Shown here one piece after another: positions 40,887 to 51,470 of a stretch of DNA of 64,000 nt. Origin of the DNA: Vulcanimicrobiota bacterium. GTDB lineage: Bacteria; Vulcanimicrobiota; Vulcanimicrobiia; Eremiobacterales; Eremiobacteraceae. The notes beneath the pieces were generated by a model. That model was not told the DNA's origin, did no database searches, and saw only the letters and a program-made list of their open reading frames with translations. The number at the start of each line of letters is the position of its first letter. Within the stretch, counting starts at the first letter, position 1. The position numbers were made by a program, and so were the translations under genes. Location of the stretch: contig CAWDVP010000002.1 of the NCBI GenBank assembly GCA_963805945.1, positions 192,001-256,000 of the forward strand, read 5' to 3'.

Positions 40887-42205
40887 TACGCGTAGATGCC
40901 CCGCGTCTGGTAACAGTCCACCACGCGACGGATCGCGACCATGTAAGCGGCCTGGCGCAGCGGCGCCTTGTAGCGCTGCGCGGTGTTCCAGACCTCGTCG
41001 AAGTTCTCGCGCATGACGTCCTTGAGCCGGTCGTTGACCTCGCTCTCGCGCCAGTAGTACCCCATGCGGTCTTGCACCCACTCGAAATACGACACGGTGA
41101 CGCCGCCGGCGTTGGCGAGGATGTCCGGGATGATCGTCACGCCCGCTTCGGACATGAGCTTGTGCGCCTCGGGCGTCGTCGGACCGTTCGCGCCTTCAGC
41201 GATGAGGAATGCCTTGATCTTGCGCGCGTTGCGGTCGGTGATCTGGTTCTCGATCGCGGCGGGGACGAGGATGTCGCAGTCGAGCTCGAGCAGCTCGGTG
41301 TTGCTGATCTGCGTGCCGCCGGGGAACCCCTCGAGGCTGTGCTTGACGTTCTTCGCCTCGCCGATGTACTCGATCGCCGCGATCGGATCAAGCCCATCTT
41401 TGTTCTGCATGCCGCAGAACTGGTCGCTGATGCCGACGATGATCGCGCCGTGCTCGTGCAGCAGCTTGGCCGTGATCGAACCGACGTTGCCGAAGCCCTG
41501 CACCGCGACGCGCTGGCCCTTGAGCTGTTTGCCCATCTTCTCTAGCGCGGCCTGGATGCAGATCATGACGCCGCGCCCGGTCGCCTCCACGCGCCCGCGA
41601 GAGCCGCCGACGCAGATCGGCTTGCCGGTGACCACGCCGGGCGTGTGCGCGCGCATGTGCATCGAGACGGTGTCCATGATCCACGCCATCGTCTGCGCGT
41701 TGGTGCCGACGTCCGGCGCGGGCACGTCTTTGTCCGGACCGATGATCTCGATGATCTCGGCCGCGTAGCGGCGCGTGAGCCGCTCGAGCTCGCCCTGCGA
41801 CAGCTTCGACGGGTCGCACGTGACGCCGCCCTTGCCGCCGCCGAACGGCAGGTCGACGACCGCGCATTTCCAGGTCATCCAAAACGCGAGCGCGGTGACT
41901 TCGTCGAGCGTGACGCCGGGGTGATACCGGATACCGCCCTTGGCCGGCCCGCGCGCGAAGTTGTACTGCACGCGGTAGCCTGTGAACACCTCGAAGTCGC
42001 CGTTGTCGCGCTGGAAGGGGATCGAGATGACGACCTGACGCGACGGGTGGGTGAGGATGCGGCGGATGGTCTTGTCCAGAGCGAGCCGGTCGGCCGCCTC
42101 ATTGAAGTAGGCGATCGCCTCGCCGAACACGGACGCTTCGTGTTTGTAACGCTCTTGCGTCTGCAAGCCCGCGGGCTGATCGTTGCCGACTTTGGTTGCC
42201 ATCAT
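40886..42205 (-). CDS. gdhA: Glu/Leu/Phe/Val dehydrogenase (glutamate dehydrogenase)
   Basis: GPAKGGIRY, FGGGKGG, VPAPD, QGFGNVG, EGANGP, NAGGVTVSYFEW. Confidence 0.92.
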   Translation of the reverse strand: MMATKVGNDQPAGLQTQERYKHEASVFGEAIAYFNEAADRLALDKTIRRILTHPSRQVVISIPFQRDNGDFEVFTGYRVQYNFARGPAKGGIRYHPGVTLDEVTALAFWMTWKCAVVDLPFGGGKGGVTCDPSKLSQGELERLTRRYAAEIIEIIGPDKDVPAPDVGTNAQTMAWIMDTVSMHMRAHTPGVVTGKPICVGGSRGRVEATGRGVMICIQAALEKMGKQLKGQRVAVQGFGNVGSITAKLLHEHGAIIVGISDQFCGMQNKDGLDPIAAIEYIGEAKNVKHSLEGFPGGTQISNTELLELDCDILVPAAIENQITDRNARKIKAFLIAEGANGPTTPEAHKLMSEAGVTIIPDILANAGGVTVSYFEWVQDRMGYYWRESEVNDRLKDVMRENFDEVWNTAQRYKAPLRQAAYMVAIRRVVDCYQTRGIYA

Positions 42206-42216
42206 CGTTCTCCAAT

Positions 42217-42244
42217 GGGCCGACCTAAAGGTCGGCCCCTACAT
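42217..42244. repeat. REP-like palindrome, family A
   Basis: GGGCCGACCTAAAGGTCGGCCCCTACAT. Confidence 0.8.
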
Positions 42245-43336
42245 CTACACGTTGAAGCGGAAGTTTACCACGTCGCCCTCTTGCATCACGTACTCGCGGC
42301 CCTCGGAGCGCAGCAGACCTGCCTCGCGCACCGCGGCGAGACTGCGCAGCCGCGCCAGATCATCATATGACTCGATCTCAGCGCGGATGAAACCGCGCTC
42401 GATGTCGCTGTGGATCTTGCCCGCGGCCTGCGGCGCCTTCGTGCCGCGCTCGATGGTCCAGGCGCGCGTCTCTTTTTCGCCTGCGGTGAGAAATGTCATC
42501 AGATTGAGGAGCCGATATGCGCCCACGATCAGACGATCGAGGCCGCTTTGCTCCACTCCCAGCTCTTTGGCATAGGCCGAAGCTTCGTCCGGCGGCAATG
42601 CCGCCAGTTCTGCCTCCAGCTTGGCGCAGATGACGATGGATTCGGCCTTCTCGGATTGCGCTCGCGCTCGCACCGCGGCGACGGCCGGCGATTGCCCGTC
42701 AAGGCTTGCTTCATCGACGTTCGCGACGTACATCATCGGCTTGGCGGTGAGCAAAGTCAGTTCCTTTGAGAGGGACACTTCAAGCTCGCTGCGCGCGATG
42801 GATCGTGCCGGCTTGCCTTCATTAAGACCCTCGCGCAGATTCTCGAGCGCCACGACCTCCGGCGCGAGCTTCGGCTCCGCCTTGGCGCGCGCGCGCGCTT
42901 TGTCGAGCCGCTTCTCGACCGTCGCGAGATCGGCGAGCGCCAACTCCACGATGACGATCTCGATGTCGCGTAGCGCGTCCGGCTTCTCCTCTACGTGCAC
43001 GACGTTGCCGTCTTCGAAGCAGCGCACGACCATGGCGATCGCGTCGACTTCCCGAATGTGCGAGAGGAACGCGTTGCCGAGCCCTTCGCCTTTGGACGCG
43101 CCGCGCACGAGTCCGGCGATGTCGACGAAGGTGGTCGTCGACGGCACGATCTGCTTGCTCGAGAAGATGTCGCTGAGCACTTGCAGACGCGGATCGGGCA
43201 CCGGCACGATGCCGACGTTCGGGTCGATGGTGCAGAACGGATAGTTGGACGCGGCCACGCTCGCGCGCGTGATCGCGTTGAACAGCGTCGACTTGCCGAC
43301 GTTGGGCAGTCCCACGATCCCACAGGCGAGCGACAT
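42245..43336 (-). CDS. ychF: Redox-regulated ATPase YchF
   Basis: GIVGLPNVGKST, NYPFCTIDPN, DIAGLV, C-terminal FRFNV. Confidence 0.95.
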   Translation of the reverse strand: MSLACGIVGLPNVGKSTLFNAITRASVAASNYPFCTIDPNVGIVPVPDPRLQVLSDIFSSKQIVPSTTTFVDIAGLVRGASKGEGLGNAFLSHIREVDAIAMVVRCFEDGNVVHVEEKPDALRDIEIVIVELALADLATVEKRLDKARARAKAEPKLAPEVVALENLREGLNEGKPARSIARSELEVSLSKELTLLTAKPMMYVANVDEASLDGQSPAVAAVRARAQSEKAESIVICAKLEAELAALPPDEASAYAKELGVEQSGLDRLIVGAYRLLNLMTFLTAGEKETRAWTIERGTKAPQAAGKIHSDIERGFIRAEIESYDDLARLRSLAAVREAGLLRSEGREYVMQEGDVVNFRFNV

Positions 43337-44157
43337 CAGTTCGTGTGCCCCCCGGGCAGCCAGCCCTTGGCTTGCAGTGCTTGCGCGATGCGCGTGCGCA
43401 GCGCGTCTTCTGCCGCGCTCACGCCGCTCTCCGGCGCGCGCATCGACACGCTATAGGTCGCCTGCTGCGCATCGAAATCTTCGAGCCTGATGACGACCTC
43501 TTCCGACTTGACCGATATCGCGGTCGCCGCATCGGCGACGATCCCGCGGAGGCCGTCCTGCATCTCGTTCGCGCCGGCGCACCACGGCAGGACGAGTTTG
43601 ATGTCGATGCGTCGCCGCGCTTTGCTGCCGTTGGTGACCGCGTAGATGTTGCCGTTGGGGATGAACAGCGTCCGCCCGCCCTTATCGATGAGCCGCGTGG
43701 TCCGGATGCCGACCCCCACGACGATGCCGCTCACCACAATGCCGCCGACCCCGAGCGTGAGCTCGACATAGTCGCCGATCTCGAACTGGTCCTGGGTGAA
43801 GATCGCGTAGCCCGCGAGCCAGTCGCGCACGAGCGCCTGCGCGCCAAAGGCGAGCGCAGCGGTGACCGCTCCGGCGCCCCACACCGCCGAGGTGACGTCG
43901 ACCTGCCAGATGTCGAGCAGCACGAGCACGAGCACCACGACGACGACGAATGAGATGACCGACTTGAGCGGATCGACATAGGTCGACGCGCGTGACTTCT
44001 GCCCCTCGGTGTGCGGTGCGAAGAGGCGGTCGATCAATGCGAGCACCAGCCGCCACGCCACGAACGCGACCGCCAAGGCGATGAGCGTTTCGACCGCGTG
44101 GACGTAGATGTCGTGTCGCGTCAGCGATGGCACAGTTTCGTTCGGCGTCGTCTGCAA
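43336..44157 (-). CDS. Mechanosensitive channel, MscS family
   Basis: LAFGAQALVRDWLAG, DQFEIGD, IPNG. Confidence 0.85.
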   Translation of the reverse strand: MQTTPNETVPSLTRHDIYVHAVETLIALAVAFVAWRLVLALIDRLFAPHTEGQKSRASTYVDPLKSVISFVVVVVLVLVLLDIWQVDVTSAVWGAGAVTAALAFGAQALVRDWLAGYAIFTQDQFEIGDYVELTLGVGGIVVSGIVVGVGIRTTRLIDKGGRTLFIPNGNIYAVTNGSKARRRIDIKLVLPWCAGANEMQDGLRGIVADAATAISVKSEEVVIRLEDFDAQQATYSVSMRAPESGVSAAEDALRTRIAQALQAKGWLPGGHTN

Positions 44158-44255
44158 GGCCCGCGCCCTTCCAGAGCGGTTTCAGCCGGTCCTGCGCTTG
44201 GCCGCTGTGACGTAGGAACCGACATTTTTTCCCGCGAAAGGCGGGTCGATTTCTC

Positions 44256-44735
44256 ATGCGCCAGATGAAAGTGGACAAACTCGGCATCGACCTGCTCACC
44301 CACGATCCGGTGGTGATCCTCAAAGACGTGGAGGGACGCCGCTACTTGCCCATTTTGATCGGCGCTTTCGAGGCGACCGCGATCCAGCTCGCGCTCGAAG
44401 GACAGCCGGTGCCGCGGCCGCTGTCGCACGATCTCATGAAAGCGATGCTCGACAGCCTCAGCGCCAAGCTCACGAAGGTCGTCATCCACGATATCCGCGA
44501 CAGCACGTTCTTCGCCAAGCTCGTGCTCGAGTGCAACGGCGAGGATCAGGAGATCGACGCGCGCCCGAGCGATTGCATCGCGCTCGCACTGCGCGCCAAC
44601 GCGCCCATCTACGTGAGCGATAAGATCGTGCTCGAAGAATCGGTTTACGACAAGAAGGCTGAGGAAGAAGAGATGCAGCGCTTCAAGAAGTACATCGAAA
44701 GCCTCAAGCCGAGCGATTTCAAAGCAGAATCCTAA
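44256..44735 (+). CDS. Bifunctional nuclease (DUF151)
   Basis: LPILIGAFEA, RPLSHDL, DARPSD. Confidence 0.9.
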   Translation: MRQMKVDKLGIDLLTHDPVVILKDVEGRRYLPILIGAFEATAIQLALEGQPVPRPLSHDLMKAMLDSLSAKLTKVVIHDIRDSTFFAKLVLECNGEDQEIDARPSDCIALALRANAPIYVSDKIVLEESVYDKKAEEEEMQRFKKYIESLKPSDFKAES

Positions 44736-44749
44736 AGGGGTAGCACGTT

Positions 44750-45553
44750 GTGAAGCACACCGCCGAGATCGGGGTCTTCGGAGGCTCGGGGTTCTATTCG
44801 TTGATCGACGGCATGACCGAGATCAAGGTGGAGACGCCCTATGGCGCTCCGTCGGATGTCGTCGCGCTCGGCGAGATCGAGGGCCGGCGCGTCGCGTTCT
44901 TGCCGCGGCACGGCAAGACGCACTCGCTGCCGCCGCACATGATCAACTATCGCGCCAACCTGTGGGCGATGAAAGAGCTCGGCGTTACGCGCATCATCGC
45001 CCCGACTGCCGCCGGCTCGCTGCAAGGCTGGGTGAAGCCGGGGGACTTCGTGGTCTCCGATCAGCTCGTCGACCGCACCACAGCGCGCAAGGACACGTAC
45101 TTCGACGGCCCGATCACGACGCACGTCTCGTTCGCGCAGCCGTATTGCCCGCAAGTGCGCGACTTGGCGATTTCGGTCATCGGCAAGCAGGGCATCCCGG
45201 TGCACGAGCGCGGCACGGTGGTGTGCATCCAGGGACCGCGCTTCTCGTCCGTCGCGGAGAGCCGCTGGTTCGCCGCTGCGGGCTGGGAAGTCATCAACAT
45301 GACGCAGTATCCCGAGGCATATCTCGCGCGCGAGCTGGAGATGTGCTACGCGAACATCTCGCTCATCACCGACTACGACGTCGGGCTTGAGGGCGAAGAG
45401 GGCATCGAGCCGGTGACGCACGAGGGCGTGATGAAGGTGTTCACCGAGAACAACCAGCGCGTCAAGAACGTCATCCACGCGATGGTCGATCTCATGCCGA
45501 AGCAGCGTACGTGCAAATGCGGCAGCGCGCTCGAGGGCGCGCGCCTAGGCTAG
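44750..45553 (+). CDS. mtnP: S-methyl-5'-thioadenosine phosphorylase
   Basis: GGSGFY, PRHG, INYRAN, GPRFS, NMT, TDYD. Confidence 0.9.
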   Translation: MKHTAEIGVFGGSGFYSLIDGMTEIKVETPYGAPSDVVALGEIEGRRVAFLPRHGKTHSLPPHMINYRANLWAMKELGVTRIIAPTAAGSLQGWVKPGDFVVSDQLVDRTTARKDTYFDGPITTHVSFAQPYCPQVRDLAISVIGKQGIPVHERGTVVCIQGPRFSSVAESRWFAAAGWEVINMTQYPEAYLARELEMCYANISLITDYDVGLEGEEGIEPVTHEGVMKVFTENNQRVKNVIHAMVDLMPKQRTCKCGSALEGARLG

Positions 45554-47145
45554 ACCGTAACGCGCCAGTTCGCCGGCGATGCGCTTGCCCTGATAGCGCG
45601 CCAGCGTCATCACCGAGATCATCGGGTTCGCTCCGCACGAAGTCGGGAACACCGACGAGTCGCAGACGATAAGGTTGCGCGCCACGCGTGATTCGCCGCG
45701 CGAGTTGACGACGCTGCGCTTGGCGTCTTCACCCATCTTCACCGAAGCCTGCGCGTGCGACGAGACGAGCAGCGTCTCACACGGGGTGAACTGCAGGTTG
45801 TCGCATAGCGCGGCGTCGCGCGCCTTGGTGAAGCGTGCCGGCTGACCGCCGAGCAGCTCCTCTGAAGTGATGACCGCTTCCTTCGCGCCAGCGGCGAGCA
45901 TGATCTCCACGCCGGTCCGTGCGCCGAAACGCAGCCGGCTCTTGTCGCTTTCGCTCACCCGGTAGGTGATGGTCGCCGCGCCGCGCGTGTCGTCCCACAC
46001 GACTTGGTTGTGCGGATCCGGCGTGTCGACGAGCATGATGCCGAAGCCCGCCAGCTTCGCGTACTGCGACATCACTTGGAAATGGTCGAGGCCGATGCCG
46101 GGCAGCGCAGTCGCCGCGCTCATCGGGTGGTCGAAGAGACATTCGAGATAGAAGCCGTGGCTGCCGTAGTAGTGGTCGCTGTAGTAGGCGCCAGTGATGC
46201 CGCGGTAGTTGGTCAGCGTCTGTCCGAAGACGCCGGCGATCGGCAGGCTGGGATGCAGCACGAGTCCTTTGCCGACGAGTTTCTGCGGATCCGGATACCT
46301 CGAGCGCTGCAGCAAAGCGGGCGAGCCGATCGCGCCGGCGCTGACGATGACGAGCGGAGCGTTGATGCTGATCGCGCCGGCGGCGACGCTGTTGGGCTCC
46401 GAGCCAGGCGCCGTCGGCCGCACCACGCCTCGTACACCAGCGACGCCGTGCTCCGCCGTGGTACCCGGACGAAGCTCGAGAACGCCCCTGGAGAACTCGA
46501 TCGCCTCGATGTCGCAATGGTGCACGATCTGCACGCCGCGCCGCCGCGCGTCCGCGACGTAGGTGACCATCGTGCTCAGCTTGCGGTCGTAGGCGCAGCC
46601 CTGGCCGCAGTAGCCGCAGCCGATGCAGTCGATCATGTTCAGCTCGAAGCGCTTGGTGGGGATATGCATGGCCTTGCAGCCGGCGGCGAACAGCTTGTTG
46701 TTGTCGTTGATCTCGCTATCCTCGGCGGATGGACGTTGATGCGCTTGCGCACGTCGGCGAGCGCGGCCGCCATGTTGAGCCCGCCGATGCCGAAGTCGTT
46801 GGACGCACGGTCGAACGAGAACGGGCCTACGCCGAACTCCCGCCTCCAATACCTCCACACGTCCTGTCGCGGATCGAATGAGAGCGCGTAGTTGATGGTG
46901 GTGCCGCCGCCGACGCACTCGCCCCCCTGCACGGGGATGGCGCCGTCTTGGGTGGTGCGTGCTCCGCGATCGGCATAGAGCACGTTCATGTCGAGCTCGC
47001 GCTGATCGAACCAATCCTTGGTGTAGTAGCCGCCCTTTTCGATGAGCACGATCTTCTTGTTCGTGAATTCTGCGAGCGTCGCCGCGAGCACGCCGCCGGC
47101 GGCGCCGGACCCGACGATCGCGATGTCAGCGTTGAGCGTCGTCAT
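45545..47145 (-). CDS. GMC-family oxidoreductase (frameshifted)
   Basis: GSGAAGG, GGGTTIN, CIGCGYCGQGC, CDSSVFPT, ANP. Confidence 0.85.
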
Positions 47146-47792
47146 GTGTGACGCACGTGCAGGATCGGCCCGGCGTAGCCGATGATCGGCCAGACGGGGT
47201 CTGAGGAATACGTCGCGGCCATGATGAGCGTCTTCATCGAGACGTAGAAGCGGCGCCGCGTGCCGAGCGCGCTATGCGCCCAGAGCATGATGTACGAGCG
47301 TTGGTCCGACAGCCGCAAGTCGGCGAATGACTGCTGCGACGAGATTGGCGCGTGCCACGCTGCGTACGCTTTTTCGTCGCGGCTCTGGCGCGCTGCCAGC
47401 GCCGAAGCGTCGCTCTTCTCGGGCGGAATCGCCGGATACGTCTCCATCTCGGTCGCGAGCAACGCCGGCGGCGGCGCGGCGAAGAGGCGCAGTGCGTCGA
47501 ACAGGGCGAGATTCTGGCGGATCTGCGGGTCGTTGCTCACGCCGAACAGCGCGTTGAGTCGCGCTTCGATCGCCGCCGGCTTGATGGCGGCGAAACGCGG
47601 ATCGTCGAACGGCAGCACCGCGCGGATGAGCGCCGCTAGCGCAGCATCCGCGGTCGCGTCGGCCGTGGCGGCGATGGTATCCGCCGCGGCGGCGCTGGAA
47701 CTGCTCCCCATGAGGCCGCCAGCCTGCAGCCAGCGCAGCGACGAGAGCGCCGCCGCGGCCGAGCCGGCCAGCACGAAATCGCGGCGATCCAT
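47142..47792 (-). CDS. Tat-signal protein, gluconate dehydrogenase gamma-subunit-like partner
   Basis: MDRRDFV twin-arginine motif and C-terminal WPIIGYAGP. Coupled to the GMC gene. Confidence 0.65.
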   Translation of the reverse strand: MDRRDFVLAGSAAAALSSLRWLQAGGLMGSSSSAAAADTIAATADATADAALAALIRAVLPFDDPRFAAIKPAAIEARLNALFGVSNDPQIRQNLALFDALRLFAAPPPALLATEMETYPAIPPEKSDASALAARQSRDEKAYAAWHAPISSQQSFADLRLSDQRSYIMLWAHSALGTRRRFYVSMKTLIMAATYSSDPVWPIIGYAGPILHVRHT

Positions 47793-48886
47793 CAGAGGCT
47801 TCTCAGTTGCACTTGCAGCCAACCGAGCGTCGCCGCCGGCGCCACGTTCGTGTTCGCGATGCGCGAGGCTTCGTTGATCGCGTCGATGGCATCGGCCGCA
47901 CGCGCAGCGGTGGCGTCGCCAAGCGCCGCGAGTGTCTGCTCGTACGACTTTGGCGTTCTCCGGGTCGAAGATCGCCTTCTTGCCTGCGAGCGCGATGACC
48001 ATGAGATCGCGGGCGGTGAGGCGCGCTTGGCGCAGCACGTCATCGAGCTGACCCACGTGCGGTCTCGCGGTCGTCTTTGTCGAGCACGGGCATCGGCGGC
48101 AGTTTACCCGGCGCTCGCAGACAGGCAAGCAGCCACTCCCGCGCCGTTTGTCGTAAGGCCGACGCGTCTTCGTCCAGCTCTGCGATCGCGTCGCCGAGGC
48201 TGCCCTGCGCGCGGCGTGCCAGCGCCTGCGCGTGGTCTTTGGGCTGGCCGTATTCGGCGACGAGCTGATCGGCGATCTCTTTCTCCGATAGCGAGTCGAA
48301 GCGCACGAGCATGGCGCGCGAGCGGATGGTCTCGAGGATGCCCTTCGAGCCGCTCGGTGGTGATGAGGAAGAGCTTGCCCGGATCAGGTTCTTCGAGCTC
48401 TTTGAGCAATGCGTTATAGGTGGCGTCGCTGGTGACGTTCTCGAAGTCGGGCAGAATAGTCACAAGCCGGCCGCCCTCGTAGCTCTTCATACCCATGAGT
48501 TGGATGATGCGCCGGCTCGCCTCGACGCCGATGTCCGTGGTCTTACGTTCTGCTTTGCCTGCGAGCGCATCGGCCGCGCGGACGAAGTCGTCGTCGACGA
48601 TGATGGTATCGCCTGACGTGCCGGCGATGCCGCGTAGGCACGGCCCGCACGTGCCGCAATAGCCCGTGGGAAAGGAAGTCGGACGCTCGCAGTGCAGCGT
48701 GAGCGCGAGCGCGCGCGCAAAGGTCTTCTTGCCCACGCCGCGCGGGCCGTGCAACAGGTAGGCATGCGCGAGCTTCTCCGGACCAAGGCGTCGGAAATAT
48801 TCGATGACCTGCGGTTGACCGACGAACGGTTTGGGCGCGTCCGGTCTAGGGGGCGGCGCGACCGGCGCGGGCATTCTCTTGGGCAC
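47792..48886 (-). CDS. holB: DNA polymerase III delta' subunit (frameshifted)
   Basis: HAYLLHGPRGVGK, C...CGTCGPC, NALLKELEEP. Located downstream of tmk. Confidence 0.8.
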
Positions 48887-48890
48887 GCGT

Positions 48891-49220
48891 TCAGGTTCGG
48901 CGGTATGGACGGCCGCGCCTCGCCCATGGTTTTACAAGTCTCTTGGTGGTGGGAAACCTTCCGGCACCTCGGCCATTATTCAAGTCGTCAAAGTGCTCAT
49001 CACGCCACTCATCTACCCGGCGGCCCCCCTTCCACGCAACTCGCGCTTGATTTAGGGTCATCGGTTGGTTGTCGCCCTCGTCGCTGTCGGGATGGTCAAA
49101 CTGCCCGGGGTCATCATACCATCCGCAACGCGGGCATTGATCCCAAGACCGTGGGTCGGTGAAAGCAGGCTCTAGATTGCATACCGGACAGGCGAGCGAA
49201 TCCTCCTGATCAGAAGCCAT
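48891..49220 (-). CDS. CPCC-family cysteine-rich protein
   Basis: CPVC, CPRCGWYDD, NxMTLNQAR. Confidence 0.7.
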   Translation of the reverse strand: MASDQEDSLACPVCNLEPAFTDPRSWDQCPRCGWYDDPGQFDHPDSDEGDNQPMTLNQARVAWKGGRRVDEWRDEHFDDLNNGRGAGRFPTTKRLVKPWARRGRPYRRT

Positions 49221-49223
49221 AGG

Positions 49224-49850
49224 CTAGCCTTTGTGCCGCGTGAGGATGATCTCGCGGATCTGCGCCGCTAACTCTTCCTGCGGCCGCGTGCCGTCGAGCA
49301 TGATGATGCGCTCCGGATCGGCCGCTGCTAAGCGCCGATAGCCCTCGGCGACCCGCTCGTGGAACTCGCGTTTCTCCCGCTCCATGCGATCCGCCAAGCG
49401 TTTGCGTCCGTGCAATCGCTCCACCGATTTCTCGATCGAGATGTCGAGGAGGAAGGTGATGTCCGGCGCGAGTTTGCGCGATGCGAACATCGTGATCTGC
49501 ATGAGCGTCTCGAGCGGCAGGCCGCGCCCGTAGCCCTGATACGCGAGCGTCGCATCCCAGAAGCGGTCGCATACCACGATGCGGCCCTCTTTGAGCGCCG
49601 GCTCGATGACCTTGTCGACGAGTTCGGCGCGCGCGGCGGAGAGCAGCAGCGCTTCCGCTTCCGGCGACATCTGGCCGAGCGGGTCGATGAGCAACTCGCG
49701 CAGGCGCTCGCCCAGCGCCGTGCCACCGGGCTCGCGGGCGAAGATGAACGGGATCGTCGTCTCGGAGAGGTACTCGTGCAGCAGGTGGATCTGCGTGGTC
49801 TTGCCCGCGCCCTCGACGCCCTCAAAGGTGACGAACAGCCCGTCGGCTAT
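49224..49850 (-). CDS. tmk: Thymidylate kinase
   Basis: [32 protein letters not shown]. Apparent ATA start. Confidence 0.92.
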   Translation of the reverse strand: MADGLFVTFEGVEGAGKTTQIHLLHEYLSETTIPFIFAREPGGTALGERLRELLIDPLGQMSPEAEALLLSAARAELVDKVIEPALKEGRIVVCDRFWDATLAYQGYGRGLPLETLMQITMFASRKLAPDITFLLDISIEKSVERLHGRKRLADRMEREKREFHERVAEGYRRLAAADPERIIMLDGTRPQEELAAQIREIILTRHKG

Positions 49851-51443
49851 TGATATGCCTCCTGGAAGACGCGCACGCGACGGTTGGGCTCCGCGCCCGT
49901 GGAGCGGGATTGCAATTGGTGCTTCTCGGCGAGCTGGTGCTGCAGCCGGCGCACGTACGAGGATTGCGGCGACAGCTCCACCGGCTTGTGGTGCAGCATC
50001 ACCTGATAGACCGCTTCCTCGGCCTCGCGCAGCGCGAGCTCTTCGTCGTCCATGCGTGGGCAGTTCGAACAGGTCGCGCATGCAGGCCTGGATCTGCGAC
50101 GTCGTGTTCGTCTTGAGCGCGTAGATGGGCATGTTCTGGGCCGCCATCGCTTTGAGCTTGCCGTGGTCGCGCCGCTCGAGCGCCTTGAGCGTGAGCACGA
50201 CGTCGGCGTCATCCCATTGGCGCACGACCTGGGCGGGCACGCGCAGATTGGCGATGGCGCGCTCGATCTTCGTGCGGCTCACGCCGTACGGGAAGATCTT
50301 GGCGATGTCGCTGCCGGATTCGTCGTCGTCTTCGGGCTCGTCGTACGCCGCGATCGGCGCTTTGCCGGCGGGGCGATGCCGTCCGTTGGTCTCGTAGCGC
50401 GTCTGCACGGTCTGCGCTTCGGCTTGTTGCACGACCTCGACGCCGCCACGCTCGTTGCGCACGCGGATCTCCGGTTTGGGTTGATAGCCGCGCAGGATCG
50501 CGTCGACCACCTCGTCCACCGGCGCGTGGATCGCGAGCTTGTGGCGTTCTTGGATCTCGATGATGACGTCGAAGGTGGGCGGCGCCTTGCGCTCGAGCAC
50601 CGTCTTGCGCGTGCCGCGGCGTTTGGCTTCTTCATCGGAGAGCGTGACCGCGCCGATGCCGCCGACGAGGTCGGACAGGGTCGGGTTGGTCATCAGGTTC
50701 TCGAGGTCGGTGCCGTGCGCGGTGCCGATGAGCTGCACGCCGCGTTCGGCGATCGTCCGCGCCGCGAGCGCCTCGGCTTCCGTGCCGATCTCGTCGATGA
50801 CGATGACCTCGGGCATGTGGTTCTCGACCGCTTCGATCATGACCGCGTGCTGATTGGCCGGCACGTCCACCTGCATGCGCCGCGCGTGGCCGATGCCGGC
50901 GTGCGGCACGTCGCCGTCGCCCGCGATCTCGTTGCTCGTGTCGACGATGACGACGCGCTTGCGCAGGTCGCCCGACGAGAGCACGCGCGCCACTTCGCGC
51001 AGCATGGTCGTCTTGCCGACGCCCGGCCGCCCGAGCAGCAGTATTGATTTGCCGGAGCGCACCACGTCCGCGATGATGTCGATGGTGCCGTAGACGGCGC
51101 GGCCCACGCGGCACGTGAGGCCGACGATCTTGCCCGTCCGGTTGCGAAGGCACGAGATGCGGTGCAGCGTCTGCTCGATGCCCGCGCGGTTGTCTTTGCC
51201 GAACGCCCCGATGCGCCCGACCACGTACGCGATGTCGTCGGCGTCCACCGGGACCTGCGAGAGGTAGCAGAAGTCGCGCGGGAAGCGCGCCTCCGGCAGC
51301 CGCCCGAGGTCGAGGATGACTTCGATCAGATCGTGGACGTTTGTGAGTCGGGTGAGCGCCTGGCGTATGGCCGGCGGGAAGATGTCGAGGAGCGCGTAGA
51401 GTTCCCAGTCACCGCTTTCGTGCGCGGCAAGGTCCTCTTTCAA
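49847..51443 (-). CDS. SpoIIIAA/Ycf45-like AAA ATPase with C-terminal R3H domain (frameshifted)
   Basis: [29 protein letters not shown]3H motif VRRLQHQL is in another frame. Confidence 0.88.
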
Positions 51444-51470
51444 GTATATGTCACCTCGCAGGTGCTTGCG

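Noticed and set aside
49224..51443. 739-aa ATPase-thymidylate kinase fusion in the ORF track
   Set aside because: Artefact of a frameshift near 50055. The R3H domain ends at 49847 in another frame.
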